Below, piece by piece: positions 57,525 to 64,000 of a stretch of DNA of 64,000 nt. This DNA is from Hyaloraphidium curvatum SAG 235-1. Lineage: Eukaryota; Fungi; Monoblepharomycota. The stretch spans positions 868,001 through 932,000 of the forward strand of contig JAIVFI010000005.1 in the NCBI GenBank assembly GCA_025558095.1, read 5' to 3'. The notes under the pieces are model-generated. The model did no database searches and had not been told where the DNA came from. It saw nothing but the letters and a program-made list of their open reading frames with translations. Both the position numbers and the translations under genes were made by a program. Within the stretch, counting starts at the first letter, position 1. Every line of letters starts with the position of its first letter.

Positions 57525-58794
57525 TCAAAGGGTGGCATTCTGCGGCTGCGGGATCTCGAACATGACCTGCGGATGATCGATTAGCTGGATTCTCGCTCGC
57601 AAGCGGGCAGCCCACCTTGGTGCACGTCCCCCCTGCCGCGCTCTTCTTGAATGCCGCATCGACGTCCTCCAGCCCCACAAGGTCCGTGATCATGGGCCGT
57701 ACATCGACCTTCCCCGTATTGATCATCTCGAACGCCGCCCTGAAGTCCGTACCGAGCCCGCCGTAGCAGTACGACCCCCTGAAGTCGAGCTCCCGGTCCA
57801 TCAGCGCGCCCACGAGGAACGCCGACAGCCGCGGCGGGGGCATGCCGATCAGCACGACGGTGCCACTGATCTTGGCTGCGCGTAGCGCTGTCTCGATGGA
57901 GCCCTCGAAGCCGGCGGCGTCGAGGACCACGTCGGGAGCAGCGGGGGCCTTGGAGAGCGCGAGGGAGGAGGCGGCGCGGGGCTCGAGGTCGGCGGTGAGG
58001 ATGGCGGCGTCGACGCCCGTGAGCTGCGATGGGGAAGGGAGAATGAGCTACGGGTAGCGGCGGCGTGAGTCGCGGGGAGACCGACCGCCTTGGCCCGTTC
58101 CAGCCGTTCGGGGTTGATATCCGTGACGCCGACCCACGACGCGCCGAGCGCCTTGGAGGCCAATATGCAGTTGAGCCCGATGGGACCGGCGCCGAGCACC
58201 AGCACGCGCGAGCCGGGGCCCACGTTGCCCCTCACGGCGCCTGCAGGGACGCGGTGCGTCAGCGCCGAGGTCCGCTTTCGCGGGAAGCAGGCGGCCCACC
58301 ATGGTACGACACCGCGAACGGCTCCGCGTACGCTGCCTCCGCCAGCGACACCCCCTCGTCCAGCTTGTGGCAGCACTCCTGCGGCGTGACGAAGAACCTG
58401 CTGACCATGCCCGCGACGAACGCCGGCCGCGTCACGGGCTCCAGCGCCACCCTGTCCCCGGGCTTCACGCGGGTGACCTTGGAGCCGACCGCGTGGACGA
58501 TCCCGGCACCCTTGGAACGGCCCCGGCGTCAGCGGAACCGGCCGACCCGCCGGCGTTCCCCTTCCCGACCTCGTGGCCCATCGTTATCGGGTAGTTCCGC
58601 CTCATCTCCGCCTTCCACATGTGCACATCGCTCCCGCATATCCCCACGTGCGTCATCCTCACGACCACCTCGTGCGGCAGCGGCGCGGGGGCGTCGGGCG
58701 CCGCGCGCACGCCGAGCTTGTACGGCGCGTCGAGGAACAGGGACCAGTTGGCGGTGGGGCGGGACCACGAGGCGCGGATGGCGTCGGGGATCAT
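57525..58794 (-). CDS. Zn-dependent polyol dehydrogenase-like MDR lacking the structural Zn lobe, multi-exon
   Basis: GICGSDVH, GHE, GDRVALEP, EP.AV..H, VLGAGPIG, GSY.Y. Confidence 0.85.
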
Positions 58795-58962
58795 TGCGGC
58801 GCGTGGGGGGTTGGGATTGGGCGGGAGGACGGACGGTGGGAGGGAGGAGACGGCGAGGGGGAGACACTGAAGACGTGGCAACGACGGTGGCAAGTGCTCG
58901 GCGCAAGTGGCCGCAACCCCTGCGCCAGGGACCCTATTCCCGACCATTTGAGAAGCTTATCA

Positions 58963-59025
58963 GGACGTGGAATCGACAATACTCGCTGGGAATATGCTCC
59001 AACGGATTGGATCATTGCGCCTCAG
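58963..59025. repeat. 63-bp direct repeat, copy 1
   Basis: GGACGTGGAATCGACAAT...TGCGCCTCAG; matches 60822-60884 with 3 substitutions. Confidence 0.95.
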
Positions 59026-59419
59026 TTGCGGAAGTTCCGTGAGGCTGCCTTGTCCGCGGCCATCTTCCAGAGCCTGCCCTCCTCCTACTTCCTCCCGTTG
59101 TTGCTATTGACGTAGGTTGTGGGGTGATCAGCGGCAGAGGGATGTGTAGGCCCGGGAAAGGGTGAGTGCCGCAATGGGAACCGGCGGTCGCGGGGCTTGC
59201 CGTCCGTCTCGTGCGACCCTTCCGCCCCACGTCGTTGCCCAAGTGCTCGCGAAGTCCCACGGAACGTCCTCTGCTAAACTTGAAGAAGTGGAAGCTGTGA
59301 AGCGGGAAGGCGGGAAGCGGCGGGCCCTAGCAAGGGATCGGATCCCCGCCGCACGTCGCATCCCCCCATCGCCGGAATCGCGTCTTGTCCAGGCTGCGCG
59401 ACTTCTGACCTTTGCCGAC

Positions 59420-60643
59420 ATGAAGGTAGAACGTTCCTCCGAATCCCCTCCAGCGGCGCCGCCGCCCACGGTGCCCGAGCTCCCCCCCGAAGTCCTCGCC
59501 CCAGTCGTGCGTCTGCTCCGCGAACCCCGCCCCTCGGACCTCCTCGCGTTCATGCTCACATGCCGGGCGTGCTACGACTTCGGATTGCCGTTCCTGCTCG
59601 AGGACGTGTCTTTTGGGGCAAACTGGACGTCGTTTCCGGCGTTCGCGGAGGGCTACCTTGCCTCGGCCGAAACACGCCGCAGGCTGCGAGAGGTGAAGAA
59701 GATCCGGCTGAATCCCATCCTGGACGGCGCCGGTGAGGTTCTCCGGGAGTGCCTTTCGCTCGAGTCGCTCGCGGTCATCATCGAGCTGGGGGAGGACCAG
59801 CACGCCGGCTTCTCCGAAACCGAACTGGACGCCGTCCCGCCATTCTTCGACCTTCTGCCGAGCTTGTGCGCGCTGCAGCATCTCACGATCGGGACCCTCG
59901 ATGCGTCCGGCGCGGGGGCCTTGGACATGCTCGCCGGGAAGCGCCTGCCGCCGTCCCTGGCCACGGTCGCGCTGTTCATCGTCGACGACGGAGACGAGGG
60001 GTCGGGATCCACGGCGCTCATGAGGCTCCTCGACACGGCGCCCGCGCTGGAAAGCTGGGGAATGTACCTCGGATTCGCGGACGGCGTCGTCGATCTCTCG
60101 CCGTTCCCGGGTCTCGCGGGCAAGCTCCGCTGGTGGCGTTCCGAGCCGGCGCTGTTTTCGACGGGCGACCCGGCGGCGCTAGCCGCCTTTCCGAGGACGC
60201 TGCGGCGACTCGAGCTCGATGACACGGCCGGGGATCTGACCGAGGAGGAATCCATCGGCATCGTCCGGGACGCCTGGAACCTGGTGTGCGAGATGAACGA
60301 CCTCGAGCTCCTGCGCTTGGTCAGCTTCCCCTCTTCCCTCTTCCTCCGCGGCTGCCCCCGGCGCCTCAAGGTCCTGCAGCTCGAGGACCCGGTGCCGCCC
60401 ACTCCGCAGGACGCCGACGCCGTGCGCGAAGCCCTGCGCACCGCCGGCGCGCGCCGCATCCAGGTCGGATTCACGGACGATGACGAGGAGACGGTGGTCG
60501 AGCTCGTGGAGTTCTGGCGCACGGTCCCCGGGGCGGTCGTCGCCGCGGGGTTGGATGCGATCGAGGAGGTGTTTCCGTGCTGGGCTGAGGAGCCCCTGGA
60601 CGAGGCGTTCGCGCACGGGTGCGATTGTTCCAATTGCTCGTAA
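59420..60643 (+). CDS. F-box-like/LRR (RNI-like) protein, intronless
   Basis: ELPPEVL..V......DL..FMLTCR..Y..G.P.L; repeats LESLAV, LQHLTI, LRRLEL, LKVLQL. Confidence 0.75.
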   Translation: MKVERSSESPPAAPPPTVPELPPEVLAPVVRLLREPRPSDLLAFMLTCRACYDFGLPFLLEDVSFGANWTSFPAFAEGYLASAETRRRLREVKKIRLNPILDGAGEVLRECLSLESLAVIIELGEDQHAGFSETELDAVPPFFDLLPSLCALQHLTIGTLDASGAGALDMLAGKRLPPSLATVALFIVDDGDEGSGSTALMRLLDTAPALESWGMYLGFADGVVDLSPFPGLAGKLRWWRSEPALFSTGDPAALAAFPRTLRRLELDDTAGDLTEEESIGIVRDAWNLVCEMNDLELLRLVSFPSSLFLRGCPRRLKVLQLEDPVPPTPQDADAVREALRTAGARRIQVGFTDDDEETVVELVEFWRTVPGAVVAAGLDAIEEVFPCWAEEPLDEAFAHGCDCSNCS

Positions 60644-60821
60644 GACGTCGTCATCTGTACATTCGCCGTTTTCCTGCAGTCGGTTCCAAGAGATCCAATC
60701 CTACTCCGTGACTTCCACTCGTCCGCCGAGCTGGTCTCCATGAACGATGTCCACCCCGTCCACGTCCGGCCACGGTGGAACGGGTGCCCGGCTCAGCAGA
60801 ACGAACCGCGTATCGAGACCG

Positions 60822-60884
60822 GGACGTGGAATCGACAATGCTTGCTGGGAATATGCTCCAACGGATTGGATCACTGCGCCTCAG
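60822..60884. repeat. 63-bp direct repeat, copy 2
   Basis: Same orientation as 58963-59025. Confidence 0.95.
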
Positions 60885-61206
60885 CTATTCCTAACTAGGT
60901 GGATCATCGCATGGATAAAATTGCGTCCAACAGTGCGTGAGAACCTTTCGCGGAATACATTGCTCGCTCGAAAGTAGACAGATGGCGGTCGGTCCGCTCG
61001 CCTCGGGGAGTCGAGAGCCTCCGTTGCGGACCGCGCGCACCGACCGTTCGACGTGCCACACGGGCTCTATCCACAAGCGATTGGCGCCACCGGCGCAGCT
61101 GTACATCCCCCGAAGAATGGCAAAGCAATGGCAAGCGCCTTCCCGGCGCATCAAGATCCCTCCGTTCCCTTCCCGCACCCCAAGACCTCCCCGTTCCCGG
61201 GCGCGA

Positions 61207-63381
61207 TTAAGACCTCCGCTCGACGACGATCCAACCCCCCTCGACCGCGTACCCGCGGAAGCCCTTGAGCGGCGCGCCGTCGGCCGGGAGCACCGCGTGC
61301 GCGTGCGGGTGCCCGTGCGCGTGCGCATGGTGCCCGACGCCGTGCGCGTGCAGATGCGGGTGCGGCGCCGACCCCCTCCTCCCCCCCGTCCCGTGCGCAT
61401 GCGGGGCCTCCCCGAACCCCTCCTGCCTTAGCATCCGCCACACGCCCTCCCCGGTCCTGAGCTCCGCCCTTTCCAGCCGCGCACACAGGGAGACCAGCAG
61501 CCCCACGAACTCGGGCACGCGCAGCGGGACCAGGCCGCCCATGTCGAGCCTGAGCCGGCGGAGGGAGGGGGAGCGCGTTTGGAGGAGGGAGAGCAGCGCG
61601 GCGAACTGGTGTGCGTGTGTGAGTCAGCGCGGTGTGCGGCGCGGCGGCGGAGGGGGAACGAACCTCGGTCTCGTCCCCGTAGCTCCACGCGCTCGCCGTG
61701 TGCATCCCCTCCCCCTCTTCCGCCGCCTCGTCCTCGCCGATCTCGCTCCGCCGGCGGCGCCAACCCCTCCTCCGCATCTCCACGTCGCGCTCGCCGTCCC
61801 CTTTGGGATCCTCCGCTCCGAGCCGGACGGAGAAAGACTCCAGGCGGTCGCCAAAGGCCGCCAGCACGACGCCGAGGTTCGCAGTGCTCCACCACGTGCC
61901 CATCTCGGCCATCTCGACCGCGAGCTCGCGGGTGCCGCCCTGCGCCAGCCTCGCGCAGGCGGAGTGCAGCAGCTCCCGCCGGTACGCCGCCGGATCGCCC
62001 TGCGCGGCGCGCGGGTCGGAGGCGAGCCACCGCTGCCGCGGGCTGCCGGGGAGGCGCAGGCACGCGAGCAGCCTCCTCCCCGCGGTGCGCGCCGCGCTCC
62101 GTCTCGCCAACGCGTCCATCTCCGCGTCGTCCGCCGTCGGATCCGCCACAAAGTCTTCCGGGGGAGGGACGTCCACCGCCGCGCGCCCGTCGCCGAGGAG
62201 CAAGCGGCGCGCGGGGGGCAGCGAGAGCAGCATGCCGCCCATCCACGGGCTCCTGACCCCCCGCGCGTCGATCTCGTCGCACCCGCTCGCGCCCCGCAGC
62301 GCGCCGATGTCCGAGGCGCGGTACGCCGGTGCGTAGGGGAGAAGGAGGCGGCCGACGGGGCCGGCGAGGCGGATCAGGGGCGCGAGGAGTGACCACATCG
62401 CCGCCGGGCCGGGGAAGGTGCCCGGGAGCATGGGGGCGGAGAGGTCGAGGGTGCCGATCCGCGGCCCAGGCTTGGTCTGTGCGCGGGGGCGGGCGGTAGG
62501 GGGGCGGGAAGGGGGGTCCGCGTGGGGTGCGGGCACCCGGCGAGGGAAGATGGGGGCGGGAGGGGGCAGCGCGGGGACGGGGCGGGGGTTGCGGTGCAGG
62601 AACAGGAGGAAAGCGTGGCAGTGTTCCGCGGTGGGGAGGCGCACGTGGGAGTAGAGGTGGGGCTGGGAGGCGAGGGGGCGTCAGCACTCGATACGGCGGT
62701 GATCAGCGGTGATCAGCGGTGGCGGGGGCACTCCCGTGCCGAGAGCACCCCTGTCACCGCGATCCCAGCACGGCAACGCACCTTTGCGTACGACCACCAC
62801 ACCCTGCCGACCCTGCCTGCAGCCAGCACGTCCCTCGGCCTCCTCAGCCTGCGCACGATCTTCTCGACCAGCTCGGGCGGCAGGTAGCCCTTCTTGTAGT
62901 TCGGCGGTGGGCAGGCGGGTGCGTGTGCGACGAGGGCGCCGACCACCGCGCGGCCGTACTGCTTGGGCAGGCCGGGCAGGCCGGGCGGCAGCACCTCGAT
63001 GGCGTCGTCGGCGGGCGCGGCGGGCGGGGCGGGCAGGGCGACCTCGAATGCCTGGCGCTTGGGGGCGCCGACGGATGGACCGGGGCGGGCGGGGGCATCG
63101 CGCAGGCGCAGAAGGAGGTCGGCGTCGTCGGCGTCCGAGGTGCAGTCGTCCTCATCGGGGTCGGCGAGCGGCGAGCCGGGCGGCGGCGGGGCGACGGCGA
63201 CGGCCGCCCGCGGCCCCCACTTGTCCGCCTGGGCGTGGTGCGCGTGCTTAGAGTGGTCGTCGTGGTCGTCGTGCAGGGCGAGCAGCAGCTCCTTGAAGTT
63301 GGGCAGGTGCGGCAGCGTCGACTTGCGGCGGGCGGGCACCGCGGCGTCGCGGGCCTCGGCGGGGAGAGATATGGCCGTCAT
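61207..63381 (-). CDS. F-box protein with His-rich tracts at both ends, multi-exon
   Basis: YLPPELVEKI...L....D......V.R.W...A..HLY; tracts HDDHDDHSKHAHH and HPHLHAHGVGHHAHAHGHPHAH. Confidence 0.65.
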
Positions 63382-64000
63382 GATCGGGAAATCGACCTCA
63401 CCGGCGGTGCGGAGGCGCCGGCGACGGCACCCGGCCTCGTGGCAAAGAGGTCCCTTCGGCCGGCTGCCCTTCTCGCGGCGGCCGAAATCCGCTGCTGCCC
63501 TCTCGCAAGGCCTTGCGGCGGGGCCCGAATCGACCGCGGGCGGCGTCCCAAGGCGCAGGGCCCGGAATCAGGAGGGGGGCCGGGGGTCGGGAGGAGCAGG
63601 AGTTGGGGCGTGACGGCGGCGGGGGCTGGGGCCGACGGGCCGCTTGAAGAGAGCACCCGGAGTCTCCCACGCCGCAAGCCACCCCGCCGAGACTGCACGG
63701 CCCTGCACATCCTCCGCCGCGGATCAGAACGCTTGCATATATTCCCTACCAGTCCCCGGGCGCCGATCCGCGCCGTTCACCACCCCCACCGCACCACGCC
63801 CGTTCTGCTGCCCGCCACCGATAGCAAGCTTCGCAAGGGCACCCGCGCACATCGCGTGCTCGGCTTACCTCCCCACCGCACAAAAGGGCGGATCATCTTG
63901 CCAAGGGACTATTCTGGGTGGGAGCGGGCGATTTCATGCATTGCCCTGTTGGGTTGGGATGCGTCTCCGGCGGCGGGTGGGCACGGCGGCAACCGCGGTC

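Noticed and set aside
62697-62721. GGTGATCAGC tandem repeat
   Set aside because: Short slippage duplication inside a predicted intron.
1-64000. Prokaryotic origin (high GC, dense genes, bacterial-like enzymes)
   Set aside because: Numerous spliceosomal introns plus Prp39, Zn2Cys6 and F-box genes show it is eukaryotic.

Overview
GC-rich, gene-dense eukaryotic DNA. Genes carry short (about 45-70 nt) GT-AG introns with CTGAC/CTAAC-type branch points. A Zn2Cys6 transcription factor and Prp39 point to a fungus; by inference an early-diverging, chytrid/Monoblepharidomycete-like lineage. The window holds about 35 genes or pseudogenes, and I saw no rRNA, tRNA, CRISPR array or transposase. Highlights: (1) An intronless fusion of a ColD-type GDP-4-keto-6-deoxymannose 3-dehydratase (SHH motif) with a GDP-fucose-synthase-like reductase that has lost both epimerase acid/base residues. 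It lies next to a co-oriented Golgi-type glycosyltransferase-like gene, making it a candidate eukaryotic 3,6-dideoxyhexose pathway (tyvelose predicted, colitose the alternative). (2) Five dispersed copies of an unrecognised secreted Cys-rich family with a shared intron, a conserved N-terminal module ending LY[RK]RY and variable C-termini; two copies are decayed. (3) An ionotropic glutamate receptor-like channel head-to-head with a PstS-fold membrane receptor. (4) An Fe-type SOD head-to-head with a ligand-less Cu/Zn-SOD fold, near a CobW metallochaperone and CoA-metabolism genes with PTS1-like ends. (5) An F-box gene bracketed by 63-bp direct repeats. Exon boundaries were read by eye and family assignments rest on recalled motifs; no database search was run.
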